Source: an uncultured Candidatus Saccharibacteria bacterium (GTDB lineage: Bacteria; Patescibacteriota; Doudnabacteria; UBA920). From it: DNA of 64,000 nucleotides. Made by a program: the position numbers and the translations under genes. The first letter of the stretch is position 1. Every line of letters starts with the position of its first letter. The stretch is taken from positions 15,313-79,312 of the forward strand of contig CAZDIP010000003.1 of NCBI GenBank assembly GCA_964505635.1, read 5' to 3'. Under the pieces are notes generated by a model. It did no database searches and had not been told where the DNA came from. It was given only the letters and a program-made list of their open reading frames with translations. Of this stretch, positions 8,898-17,973 are shown piece after piece.

Positions 8898-9941
8898 TTA
8901 CATTTCATTAAAAATTTTTGGTTTTAAATCCTTTCTATAAATTTCCAACAAGGTTACAAAAACTGCCATTATAATTGGACCGAACAAAAAACCCAAAAAT
9001 CCGAACAATTTAATCCCTCCTAAAATAGAAAGCAAAACCAACAAAGGATGCATCTGCATTTTTGAACCTACAATCTTAGGACTAACCACATTATCAATTA
9101 ACCCCACGGCCACACTACCCCAAATAGCCATACCTATTGCAGCACCTGTGTGTCCGGTAAACAACAAAAATAAAACAGCGGGAAACCAGGCTAAAGTTGT
9201 GCCTACCGTCGGAACCAAAGCAGCCAAAACAGTAAAAGCTCCCCATAAAATTGGCTGCGGCACACCAAAAATTAAATAACCAAGAGTTGCCACCACCCCT
9301 TGAATTAAGGCTATTAAAAACGAGCCCTTAACTACTCCGGAAACTGCTGTCTCTAGCTTGTCAAACAAAGTTTGGTCGTAAACATCAGAAAGAGGTGAAA
9401 TTTCCCTGAACATTTGTTTTATTTTTTCCCCGTCGCGCAAAAAGAAAAATAAAATAAAAATCAACAAAAACAAGGACAAAAAAAAGCTGGCTAGATTGGA
9501 AAGCAAGCTGGAGACCAAATCAAACGCGCTCCCCGTTAACTTGGAGACTATGGCATTTAAATCATTGCTCAGGCTGGTTAAAATATTTTGCAACAAAACC
9601 GGCAAGCGGGAAAAAATTTCAGCTTTGCTAAAAATTAACTCTCCTAAACGAAACTTGTTGTACACCTCTACTATTTCATTAAACAAAAGTTGACCTACAA
9701 ACCATAAGGGCAAAATACAAATTAAAATTACTAAAAAAATTGTAATAATCGCGGAAAGGTTGGGACCCTTAAACTCACTTTGCATTTTTTTATACAGGGG
9801 GTGAAAAAGTACGGCAAAAATGCCGGCCAAAACCAACATTTGCCAAAACGGCCAAATTATAAGTACGGCGACAATTGAAGCCAAAGTCAAAAAGGCAAAA
9901 AAACCCATTAGTTGTTTATTATTGTTTTTAGCGGTTGTCAT
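8898..9941 (-). CDS. AI-2E family transporter (YdiK/PerM-like)
   Basis: FFFLRDG, IDNVVSPKIVG..HPLLVLLSILGG...FGFLG...GP. Confidence 0.9.
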   Translation of the reverse strand: MTTAKNNNKQLMGFFAFLTLASIVAVLIIWPFWQMLVLAGIFAVLFHPLYKKMQSEFKGPNLSAIITIFLVILICILPLWFVGQLLFNEIVEVYNKFRLGELIFSKAEIFSRLPVLLQNILTSLSNDLNAIVSKLTGSAFDLVSSLLSNLASFFLSLFLLIFILFFFLRDGEKIKQMFREISPLSDVYDQTLFDKLETAVSGVVKGSFLIALIQGVVATLGYLIFGVPQPILWGAFTVLAALVPTVGTTLAWFPAVLFLLFTGHTGAAIGMAIWGSVAVGLIDNVVSPKIVGSKMQMHPLLVLLSILGGIKLFGFLGFLFGPIIMAVFVTLLEIYRKDLKPKIFNEM

Positions 9942-9990
9942 ATTTTATTTCGTTTCACAAATTTTATACCAATTATATTATATCAAATTA

Positions 9991-10019
9991 TTGACTTTTT
10001 TGAAAATTTTATGTATTAT
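9991..10019 (+). promoter_or_regulatory. Putative sigma70 promoter of typA
   Basis: TTGACT-17 bp-TATTAT. Confidence 0.55.
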
Positions 10020-10063
10020 TATCGGGTTGAATTTATAAATGGAATTGTTATTACTTTAAACTT

Positions 10064-11899
10064 ATGACACGCGATAATCTAAGAAATATTGCAATAATTG
10101 CCCATGTTGACCACGGCAAAACCACTTTAGTAGATGCCATGTTGAAAGCTACCCATACTGTTAAAGAAGAACAGGCGGATTTGGTTATGGACAGCATGGA
10201 TTTGGAAAGAGAACGCGGCATTACCATAAAAGCCAAAAATGCTTCCATGATGTGGGAAAATACCAAAATTAATATTGTTGATACCCCTGGTCATGCTGAT
10301 TTTGGGGGCGAAGTGGAGCGCACTCTTAAAATGGCTGACGGAGTTATTTTATTGGTTGACGCCAAAGAAGGACCCATGCCCCAAACCAAATTTGTACTTA
10401 AAAAAGCTCTGGCTTTAGGCCACAAAGCCATAGTAGTTATAAATAAAATTGATAAACCCGGAGCAAATATAGACGAGGCCTTAAACAAAACTTTTGATTT
10501 ATTCGTTAAGCTAAACGCTTCTCATCTTCAATTGGATTTTCCAATTATTTATGCTTCCGGAATACGAGGTTTGGCTTCCGAGTCAGCGGAAGAACTTTTA
10601 CTAAAATTGTCTGATATAAACACTCCTTCAGACTTAACCGCCCTGTTTAACGCAATTATTAAGCATATCCCCGCCCCTACCGTGCAAGAAGGCCAAAGTT
10701 TTGGTATGCAGGTATTTGCTTTAATGTCAGACAACTATAAAGGACGCATGGGGATAGGAAAAATTGTGTCGGGCAAAATAAAAAAAGCGCAAAATGTGCT
10801 TTTGCAAAAACAAAATGGTGAAAAAACAACCGGCAAAATAACTGCACTTTCAATGTACCAAGGTCTTAAGCAGTCTGATGTTGAGGAAGCAGAGGCAGGC
10901 GACATTGTGGCAGTTGCCGGGTTTGACGATATTCACATAGGCGATGTTTTAACCGAAATTGACAATCCAGTAAATTTACCGCCCGTGGAAATTGAACCGC
11001 CCACAATAAAAATGACTTTTGGAGTTAATACATCGCCATTTGCAGGGCGGGAAGGCAAATTTGTCACCTCCCGCAATTTGCGTGAACGATTAATGAAAGA
11101 ACTTGAAACCAACGTTGCTTTAAAAGTGGACGCTTCCGAGGAAGGCGCAGAAAGCTTTTTAGTCAGCGGCCGCGGCGAGCTACACCTGGGAATTTTAATT
11201 GAAACAATGCGCAGAGAAGGTTTTGAACTTCAAGTTTCCCAGCCACAGGTTATTTATCATGAAGTAGGCGGCGTAAAACACGAACCTTACGAAATTTGCA
11301 CTATAGACATTCCTTCTGAATACCAAGGCGTGGTTATAGAAGAAATGGGCAAACGCGGAGGCGAACTTCAGCATATGGATACCACAGCAGGCGGAGAACT
11401 TCACGCGGAATATTTAATCCCCACCCGCGGGCTGATTGGTTTAAAAAATTTACTCCTAACTCGCACCCGCGGCACAGCGGTTGTAAACAATCTGTTTGAT
11501 TCCTACAAGCCAGCCCATGAAATAGACCAGCATGTCAGCGATCACGGTTCATTAATAGCCTCTGAATCCGGTGTTTCCAACGCGTACGGTCTTAACAACG
11601 CCCAAGAAAGAGGTGTCTTATTTATTGGCCCGGCCGTGGAAGTATATGAAGGCATGGTAGTCGGCCAAAACGCTGTTGATACGGACTTAGAACTGAATGT
11701 AACCAAAACCAAAAAGCTGACCAATATGCGTTCTTCAGGAGCGGATGATGCGATTATACTCACTCCCCCTCGCCCTATTACTTTAGACTTTGCTATGGAA
11801 TATATTGGCTCCGACGAACTGTTAGAAGTTACTCCCCAAAGCATACGAATAAGAAAAAAGATTTTAAGCGCTACGGAACGCAAAAGAGCAAAAAGATAG
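10064..11899 (+). CDS. typA: Translational GTPase TypA/BipA
   Basis: IAHVDHGKTTLVD, ERERGITI, DTPGHADFGGEVER, GRGELHL, ELLEVTP.SIRIRK. Confidence 0.97.
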   Translation: MTRDNLRNIAIIAHVDHGKTTLVDAMLKATHTVKEEQADLVMDSMDLERERGITIKAKNASMMWENTKINIVDTPGHADFGGEVERTLKMADGVILLVDAKEGPMPQTKFVLKKALALGHKAIVVINKIDKPGANIDEALNKTFDLFVKLNASHLQLDFPIIYASGIRGLASESAEELLLKLSDINTPSDLTALFNAIIKHIPAPTVQEGQSFGMQVFALMSDNYKGRMGIGKIVSGKIKKAQNVLLQKQNGEKTTGKITALSMYQGLKQSDVEEAEAGDIVAVAGFDDIHIGDVLTEIDNPVNLPPVEIEPPTIKMTFGVNTSPFAGREGKFVTSRNLRERLMKELETNVALKVDASEEGAESFLVSGRGELHLGILIETMRREGFELQVSQPQVIYHEVGGVKHEPYEICTIDIPSEYQGVVIEEMGKRGGELQHMDTTAGGELHAEYLIPTRGLIGLKNLLLTRTRGTAVVNNLFDSYKPAHEIDQHVSDHGSLIASESGVSNAYGLNNAQERGVLFIGPAVEVYEGMVVGQNAVDTDLELNVTKTKKLTNMRSSGADDAIILTPPRPITLDFAMEYIGSDELLEVTPQSIRIRKKILSATERKRAKR

Positions 11900-11906
11900 T
11901 TTTAAA

Positions 11907-11937
11907 TTTAAAGGCTCACATAATGTGAGCCTTTAAA
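11907..11937. terminator. Bidirectional terminator (near-perfect palindrome)
   Basis: tttaaaggctcacat-a-atgtgagcctttaaa between convergent genes. Confidence 0.8.
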
Positions 11938-11943
11938 AAATGC

Positions 11944-12330
11944 CTATTTTATGGGTAATTTATAATATACTTCCCTGCCCCTTTCGTTAACCCGAATAAG
12001 CTTACCTAAATCAGTTAAATATTTTAAATAGCGGGTAGCAGTAGCATCGGAAACTTTTAAACTTTGCTGGACTATGTCGTTAGTTAATTGAGAATGTTGT
12101 AAGGCTAGTTTGATAATTTTATCCAGGTTTTCCCGACATTTTTTTATAGCTTCTGCATTTAAAGGGTTATCGGAAAAATCATCAATTTTACCGTCCCTGT
12201 AAAACAAAGCCGCGAAGCCCGCCAAACCAAAAATTGCCAAAATAAAAGCGGCTTTTAAATTCACCAAGGCTAAAAGCAAAACCCCGAAAGCAAAAAGAAT
12301 CTGCCATTTAACTTGTTGTTTAAATATCAT
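11944..12330 (-). CDS. Membrane-anchored winged-HTH (DeoR-like) protein
   Basis: Two N-terminal TM helices then LTND.VQ..LKVSDATATRYL..L...G.L.....GR.V.Y. Confidence 0.7.
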   Translation of the reverse strand: MIFKQQVKWQILFAFGVLLLALVNLKAAFILAIFGLAGFAALFYRDGKIDDFSDNPLNAEAIKKCRENLDKIIKLALQHSQLTNDIVQQSLKVSDATATRYLKYLTDLGKLIRVNERGREVYYKLPIK

Positions 12331-12416
12331 GCCTTTATTTATATTTACTTAATAAAGTAAGGGGCACTGAACCAAGAATTACCAAGATCCAGTGCCAAAG
12401 ATCTCTGCGAGTATCT

Positions 12417-12914
12417 TTATTTGCCCGCAAGCAAAAGACTCGGTTCAGCGACCAGGCACATAGCCTGGTAGTGTACGGTTACCCTAAGGATACCGCTTTT
12501 GAAAGCTAGACTGTTCCTCTTCTGTTCTCTGACGGGGTTTACGCACTCGTGTTCAATAACCAGCCGGCTAGTAGCCCGGTTAAGAATTCGCAGAAAAACT
12601 CGCCCAACGGCGTTACTTCGTTTTTGGACAACTAAAGTCTGCCGAGTGTCAGGCCGTTCCATAACAAAGTCATACACCGCCAGGGTCTTGTCAGAAACCG
12701 CCCCGAGCGCCCAAAGCGTGCCTAGACTTGACAGCGCGGTCGGGGCAAGCAAAAAGTGCCCAGCCAAAACCTCAAAGCCGTTTTCATCTAGCCTCACAAC
12801 CACCTTGCCGTCAACCTGCGCCTGCCTCGCCAATGGCGGAAATTCCAGATTTTGTACCAAAGCGTCTTGCCCGAAAGCAAGAAAAGTAACCAAGAATACG
12901 CTAAGCAGCCTCAT
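12417..12914 (-). CDS. Secreted protein with a TonB C-terminal-like domain (GC-rich ORF)
   Basis: Signal peptide; FPPLARQAQVDGKVVV ... VLAGHFLL resembles TonB_C YP..A.....G.V.V; SD AAGGAGG upstream. Confidence 0.5.
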   Translation of the reverse strand: MRLLSVFLVTFLAFGQDALVQNLEFPPLARQAQVDGKVVVRLDENGFEVLAGHFLLAPTALSSLGTLWALGAVSDKTLAVYDFVMERPDTRQTLVVQKRSNAVGRVFLRILNRATSRLVIEHECVNPVREQKRNSLAFKSGILRVTVHYQAMCLVAEPSLLLAGK

Positions 12915-12941
12915 TAAGGCCTCCTTACCTACAGTATAACA

Positions 12942-12972
12942 AAAACTCCCCTGCTTTTAACAAGGGAGTTTT
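12942..12972 (-). terminator. Intrinsic terminator of the 12983..13948 gene, abutting an extended -10 (TGtTATACT) for 12417..12914
   Basis: aaaactccc...gggagtttt inverted repeat with a T-tract on the minus strand. Confidence 0.75.
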
Positions 12973-12982
12973 AATTAACTAA

Positions 12983-13948
12983 CTATTGCGCTCCTGTCGG
13001 GGTTGGGGTTGGAGTTACTGTAGGAGTTGGTGTTGGAGTTGTAGAAGGCGGAGTTGAACTTGCATTTCCAGTTGCCGTACAATTTTTTTGGTTTGCTTTT
13101 CTGGTATCACTCGCGGTTTTGGTTGCTGCTTTATAGGCATCATTTGCGGCCTTAACAGCGGCGTTATACTTTTCGTTAGCTGCTTTTACCGCGGCAACAT
13201 AAGCTTCATTTGCAGCTTTCATTGCTGCTTTGTAAGTGTCTGAACTTGTTCCAGCAGCTGCCTTATAGGCTTCGTTTGCGGCTTTTACTGCTGCCTCATA
13301 TTTTTCGTTTGCGGCTTTTACTGCAGCTTCGTAAGCAGCTTTAGCAGCGGTAATGCTTTCTGGCGTGGAGCTTGCGTTTAAAACATTATTTAGAACAGTT
13401 TTAGCCGCTTCTATTTCTGCTTTTCTGGTATTTTTAGCATTTTCTATGGCTGTATTGCGAGTTGTTTTTAAAGTACTATTAGTAGTGGTGCTGGTGCCTG
13501 TTGCCTGGGAACGAGCAGATTTTCTGGTTTCTAAAGCAGTTTTTAATTCTGTCTGTCTGGTTTCTCTAGCTTTTTTTAAAGCTTCCGAACGAACTTCTTT
13601 GGCGGCTTTGGTAGCTTCCGAATAATTTTCATTCACATCTTTATTTTGTTCTCTGCAGATTTTTAAGGCTTCTTTCTGCTGTTCTGCCTTCTTTTTTGCT
13701 TCTTCTCTTCTGCTTTCGGCTTCTTTTTTCATAGCCTCAGCCTTTTCTTCCATTAAATCCTTCAATTCTTCCCGCTTTTTTTCCATTTCCTTTTTATAGG
13801 TTTCAGACTCACTTTGCATTGAAGTCTTAATTCCTAAAATTCTACCTTCTATTTCCTGCACTGGAGTTGCCATTGCAGAAAACGCCGGCAAAACCAAACC
13901 TGCGGAAACGGCAGCGGCTGCGGCGATCTTGAATATTTTATTACGCAT
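12983..13948 (-). CDS. Secreted Ala/Lys-rich coiled-coil protein with 11-aa repeats and a Pro/Thr tail
   Basis: Signal peptide; repeats AAVKAANE(K/A)Y(E/N/K); C-terminal TPTPTPTVTPTPTPT; SD AAGGAG. Confidence 0.75.
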   Translation of the reverse strand: MRNKIFKIAAAAAVSAGLVLPAFSAMATPVQEIEGRILGIKTSMQSESETYKKEMEKKREELKDLMEEKAEAMKKEAESRREEAKKKAEQQKEALKICREQNKDVNENYSEATKAAKEVRSEALKKARETRQTELKTALETRKSARSQATGTSTTTNSTLKTTRNTAIENAKNTRKAEIEAAKTVLNNVLNASSTPESITAAKAAYEAAVKAANEKYEAAVKAANEAYKAAAGTSSDTYKAAMKAANEAYVAAVKAANEKYNAAVKAANDAYKAATKTASDTRKANQKNCTATGNASSTPPSTTPTPTPTVTPTPTPTGAQ

Positions 13949-14052
13949 TTGTTTTTTATCTCCTTTTTTCCATCCTGTGGAAAAAGTAAATTACTTTATA
14001 AAAGTATAGCAAATCAAAAACCATAACGCTAATTTTTAGACTTTGTTTCATC

Positions 14053-15024
14053 TTAAATCAACAACTGGGTTAAAATTAAGTCCAACATAACTTTGGGAGG
14101 CATGGTAGAGCTTTTAAGCTCAGAATCAAGAGCATTTAGCTTACTTAGCAGATCTAAAACCTGTGCAACCGAAAACCTTTGGGCGATTTTTTTCATAACA
14201 AACAGTCTGCCGCTTTTCCACTTAGTAAGCTCCAAAATTTGAGTTTCGGTTTGGTTGTGGGCGATCAAATCCTGCAGCATGGCCACATTCCTAAATTGCT
14301 CAGCCAAGAGAGCGTTTAACTGAATGACGGCTGATTTTTCGTCACCCCCCGTACCCTGGCTTAAAAATTTTGCCGAAAGCTCAAGGCTCAAAATTTTATT
14401 TTTGTCGGCAATTGCGTTAGTTATACTCAATGCGTCTGTCTCGCCATTTCTAAAAATTAAAAGTTCTACGTCTTGTTTAGTTATTTCCCTGCCGTTTGCC
14501 CAGGCCGCCAATTTTTTTAATTCGCTGTCTGCTTGCCATAAGCTGTATACTTCATCTACGGAGATTATTTTGCCTCCAATCCTATTTTCCTTGGCGTCAT
14601 CGCGACCCAGTCTTATGGCCAGCTCCCTAACCGCTACTGGATTAATTTTTGCATTTAATTCCTTAGCCCGACTAATTATCCATTTATCCAACTCTTCTTT
14701 ATGGGGCAAGAAAAAACTTTTTATAACAACAGCCGGATTTTCCAAAAACTCTTTATTTTCTTTTTTTCGTTTATCTAAAGACTTAACGCTAACAATAATA
14801 TAATTTTTAGACCAGGCTAATTTCTGAATATTTTTAAAACTTCGGGCTTGATTAATCAAAAAAACTTTGGGTTTTAAAAATAAATCAGTTTCAAAAAATA
14901 TGGATTCATCGGGTAATTCCTGATTTTCTTCGTAGACTGACAAAGTCGCCCCTTTTTCCTTAACCAAGGAGTCTATAAAACTTTTTTTAGTATAATCATC
15001 AGACCCTAAAAGCAAATAAATCAT
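14053..15024 (-). CDS. holA: DNA polymerase III subunit delta
   Basis: IYLLLG.D, DKR, ELKKL...IT..DV, C-terminal LD..LKSS. Confidence 0.8.
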   Translation of the reverse strand: MIYLLLGSDDYTKKSFIDSLVKEKGATLSVYEENQELPDESIFFETDLFLKPKVFLINQARSFKNIQKLAWSKNYIIVSVKSLDKRKKENKEFLENPAVVIKSFFLPHKEELDKWIISRAKELNAKINPVAVRELAIRLGRDDAKENRIGGKIISVDEVYSLWQADSELKKLAAWANGREITKQDVELLIFRNGETDALSITNAIADKNKILSLELSAKFLSQGTGGDEKSAVIQLNALLAEQFRNVAMLQDLIAHNQTETQILELTKWKSGRLFVMKKIAQRFSVAQVLDLLSKLNALDSELKSSTMPPKVMLDLILTQLLI

Positions 15025-15101
15025 AAAGGTATAGCCCTTAAAAACCAGCTAATTGATAATACCACCAAAAGAAAAAGGGCTCAAATTGGTGTTTTAGGCT
15101 A

Positions 15102-15130
15102 TTGAAAAAGCATAAAAAATATTGTAGAAT
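15102..15130 (+). promoter_or_regulatory. Putative sigma70 promoter of tRNA-Lys
   Basis: TTGAAA-17 bp-TAGAAT. Confidence 0.6.
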
Positions 15131-15176
15131 ATCAAAGTTAATGTATATTTTGATTGCATGAGCTTAAATGTAGCAT

Positions 15177-15252
15177 GGGTCGGTAGCTCAGTTGGTAGAG
15201 CAGACGCCTCTTAAGCGTAAGCGCGTGGGTTCGATCCCCACCCGACCCACCA
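15177..15252 (+). tRNA. tRNA-Lys (anticodon CUU)
   Basis: Cloverleaf: GGGTCGG/CCGACCC acceptor, anticodon loop CTCTTAA, T-loop TTCGATC, encoded CCA; 76 nt. Confidence 0.95.
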
Positions 15253-15254
15253 TA

Positions 15255-15275
15255 AAAACCCCTACTCGGGGTTTT
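15255..15275. terminator. Bidirectional terminator between convergent tRNAs
   Basis: aaaacccc-tactc-ggggtttt. Confidence 0.8.
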
Positions 15276-15283
15276 AATTTTAC

Positions 15284-15360
15284 TGGTGACTCCGGCAGGA
15301 GTCGAACCTGCTACCTCCTGGTTCGAAGCCAGGCGCTCTATCCAAATGAGCTACGGAGTC
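15284..15360 (-). tRNA. tRNA-Arg (anticodon UCG)
   Basis: Reverse complement folds: GACTCCG/CGGAGTC acceptor, CCTGG-CTTCGAA-CCAGG anticodon arm, T-loop TTCGACT, CCA; 77 nt. Confidence 0.95.
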
Positions 15361-15423
15361 TTACAAGTAGTCTATATTATAGCCTAGATAATATCTTAGT
15401 GCCAGTAAAACCCCCCTAAGTTA

Positions 15424-15789
15424 CTAGGGATTTTGTAAAATAATTTCATTGATTTGCAAAGGAGTGTCGGTGGAATTTACTGCTTCTGGAGCCTGGGTTT
15501 TTGGATTAAATGGATTACGAGTAAACCCTTCGCTTGGCCGAAAAGAACCTGCGCTGTTAATTCTATTTACAACCTTATCGTAATCTGAAAAATTAACCCT
15601 GACGCCTTTCGCGGCATTAACCACCGGAACCTGGTCTTCCCAATTTAAAACCTTACTAACTGAGGCTTTTATCACAAAACCCTCAAACACAAGCAAAATT
15701 AAAAAGGCAAGCAAAAATAATAACTTGAAAATTTTCCTTGCAAAATTCCCCTGCCTTAAGTCAATTAAAGTAAATTTGCCAAAATTCAT
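15424..15789 (-). CDS. Single-pass membrane protein ending the pil operon (PilP position)
   Basis: One TM helix, RNPF motif, abuts pilO. Confidence 0.6.
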   Translation of the reverse strand: MNFGKFTLIDLRQGNFARKIFKLLFLLAFLILLVFEGFVIKASVSKVLNWEDQVPVVNAAKGVRVNFSDYDKVVNRINSAGSFRPSEGFTRNPFNPKTQAPEAVNSTDTPLQINEIILQNP

Positions 15790-16344
15790 TTATTTCCTCC
15801 TAACATAAAAATTAGAAGTTAAAGATACATTAATTGTATCACCATTCCCCGAAGACGCTGACATGGAGTTTAGGGTGGTTACAAAATCTAGATTTTCTAA
15901 AGCCTCAATGGCATTGACCACATTCTTAAAACTGCCCTGCAAGCCCACCGAATAAGGTACGTAAACAATATCACTCTGAGTTTTAGCTCTCGGGGCACTA
16001 CTGACTACTCCGGAAATACCAGAGAAGCTTAAATCTACATTATATTTGTCGCCCAAAGTTTCCAAAACCTGAATTTCTTTAACCAAAGTTATATCCTGAC
16101 TGAAAAAGTCCTCCGGCTGCATGGGTTTTTTTGCTAATTCTTCCAAATCTTTTTTTGCTTGCAAATAACTATCCTGCTCGGCCTCCAAAAGTTTAAGCTC
16201 TTTGCTTTGCTTCCAAATCTCATCCAATGTTTTTACGCTCATTTTGTCCTGAAGCCCAAAAAAGTAAAAAAACATGCTAACGCATAAAAATAACCAAATA
16301 AAGGCTGTTATAAAAATTTTAATTTTTGGGGAATTTAACGGCAT
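15790..16344 (-). CDS. pilO: Type IV pilus alignment protein PilO-like
   Basis: TM, coiled coil, then GSF..V...I..LE.L ferredoxin-like motif; order pilM-N-O. Confidence 0.75.
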   Translation of the reverse strand: MPLNSPKIKIFITAFIWLFLCVSMFFYFFGLQDKMSVKTLDEIWKQSKELKLLEAEQDSYLQAKKDLEELAKKPMQPEDFFSQDITLVKEIQVLETLGDKYNVDLSFSGISGVVSSAPRAKTQSDIVYVPYSVGLQGSFKNVVNAIEALENLDFVTTLNSMSASSGNGDTINVSLTSNFYVRRK

Positions 16345-16347
16345 AAA

Positions 16348-16908
16348 TTAATTAATAATCCCGTCCTTAAAATTAAAAGAGTAGTGAAAAGAAATATTTG
16401 TTGCTTTGGCCACGTTTTCAAGCGGATAATTCACGTTGTAAAAATGTTCTTTGTCCGCTTTAATATTTTCGTAAAGTTTAATGACCAAGTCCCTAGTAGG
16501 GCTAATTCCATTTATGGTAACCTGTTTCTTGTTTAAATCCACAGCAAAATTTGTAATTCTGACTCCTTCAGGCGGTATAACTGAAAAAACTTTTAGCAAC
16601 TTTGACCATTTAGGAGAGGAATTAACCAGATTATTATAATCAGAAGTTAAATCATTTACCGCTTTAATTTTCTTTTTTAAATCAGCGTTTTCATTCTTGT
16701 CAACCTGACTTTTTATTTCCCCTATTTTATAATTGATTTTAGTCAACTGGGACTGCAAATAAAGCCTTGCGCCGAATTGAACGCCCAAAACAATGACAAA
16801 ACTAAACAGAGATAGCCCAATTAGAGATAGCCAATGTTTAAAATTCAATTCAGATCTTATGGCCTCCTGTCTAAATTTTGGTAATAAATTTATGCTTTTC
16901 ATAAACAA
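16348..16908 (-). CDS. pilN: Type IV pilus alignment protein PilN-like
   Basis: INLLP PilM-binding motif, TM, WS.LL.....PEGV.I. Confidence 0.85.
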   Translation of the reverse strand: MFMKSINLLPKFRQEAIRSELNFKHWLSLIGLSLFSFVIVLGVQFGARLYLQSQLTKINYKIGEIKSQVDKNENADLKKKIKAVNDLTSDYNNLVNSSPKWSKLLKVFSVIPPEGVRITNFAVDLNKKQVTINGISPTRDLVIKLYENIKADKEHFYNVNYPLENVAKATNISFHYSFNFKDGIIN

Positions 16909-17970
16909 TTAAAGTTGAACATTAACCCCGCTTAAAGCCAAGCCTAAAGACGTAGTGTAACTTAAAGAGTCAATTTGATTGATTGGCGGGGTTTTATCTA
17001 AACCCACGTTAACCCAAGGATTGCCAATTTCTATCTTTAAGCCGGGTCTTTCACTAAATTCGGTGACTAAATATTCCGGTAAATTTTTCATTTTTGCCGC
17101 ACCGCCGGTTAAGATAATTTTCTCCACCATATTAGCAGAGTGCTCACTGTGAAATTTTAAAATATTTTTAATTTCTGCCCCTAGATTATTCAAAACCGGG
17201 GCAACCGAAGTTTTAATGTTGGGATATTCTGAAGTATTATCCATACCGACTTTTTGTTTGATGACTTCGGCCTTTACACTTGCTATACCTAAAGATTTAG
17301 CTATGGCCTCGGTAAAACTGTTGCCACCTATCGGGATGGTTGAAGTAAATTGCAAATTGCCATCCTCTACCATAACCAAACCGCTGCGACTCGCCTCCAT
17401 ATCTACTATTAACAGGGCGGATTTTTGCTCTTTAGAAACCAAGGCTCTGGCACAAGCTTGGGATTCCACCTCCAAAGCCACGGGCTTTATTCCACAATGA
17501 TCTAAGACTGACAAATAAGAGTCAACAAATTCTTTTGGGGAAGCAATAATTAAAATATTATATTTTTCACCACTCTCGCCGATTTTTTGCCAATCCATAT
17601 AAACCTGATCCAACGGCAACGGTATAAAACTTTCAGCCTCAAAAGGAATAGCCGACTGAGCTTCCGAGTCACTCATTTTGGGAATTTGAATAACCCTGAC
17701 AAAAGACTTGGATTCAGGCAAACTCACTACAGCATATTCTGCAGAAAATCTTCCAAACTGAGGTTTATTTAAAGCTTGTTTAATCAAATAATCAAAAGTT
17801 TTTTGGTCGGTAATTACGTCATTTACCACCAAACCTTTAGGAACCTGGGTTTCGGTAAAAGCCTGCAACCTGTTACCTTGTTTAAGGCCTAACAGCTGCA
17901 TAAATTTCAAAGAATTAGCGCTAATATCCAATCCATAGGCTATTTTTTTGTCAGAAAAAAAATTAAACAT
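16909..17970 (-). CDS. pilM: Type IV pilus assembly protein PilM
   Basis: GLDIS...LK, EAE..IP.....VY.DW, ILTGG.A, GNPW, LGLAL. Confidence 0.92.
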   Translation of the reverse strand: MFNFFSDKKIAYGLDISANSLKFMQLLGLKQGNRLQAFTETQVPKGLVVNDVITDQKTFDYLIKQALNKPQFGRFSAEYAVVSLPESKSFVRVIQIPKMSDSEAQSAIPFEAESFIPLPLDQVYMDWQKIGESGEKYNILIIASPKEFVDSYLSVLDHCGIKPVALEVESQACARALVSKEQKSALLIVDMEASRSGLVMVEDGNLQFTSTIPIGGNSFTEAIAKSLGIASVKAEVIKQKVGMDNTSEYPNIKTSVAPVLNNLGAEIKNILKFHSEHSANMVEKIILTGGAAKMKNLPEYLVTEFSERPGLKIEIGNPWVNVGLDKTPPINQIDSLSYTTSLGLALSGVNVQL

Positions 17971-17973
17971 AAT

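Noticed and set aside
12499-12939. 146-aa plus-strand ORF
   Set aside because: Antisense to 12417..12914, which has the SD, -10 and signal peptide
15192-15419. 75-aa ORF
   Set aside because: Overlaps two well-formed tRNA genes
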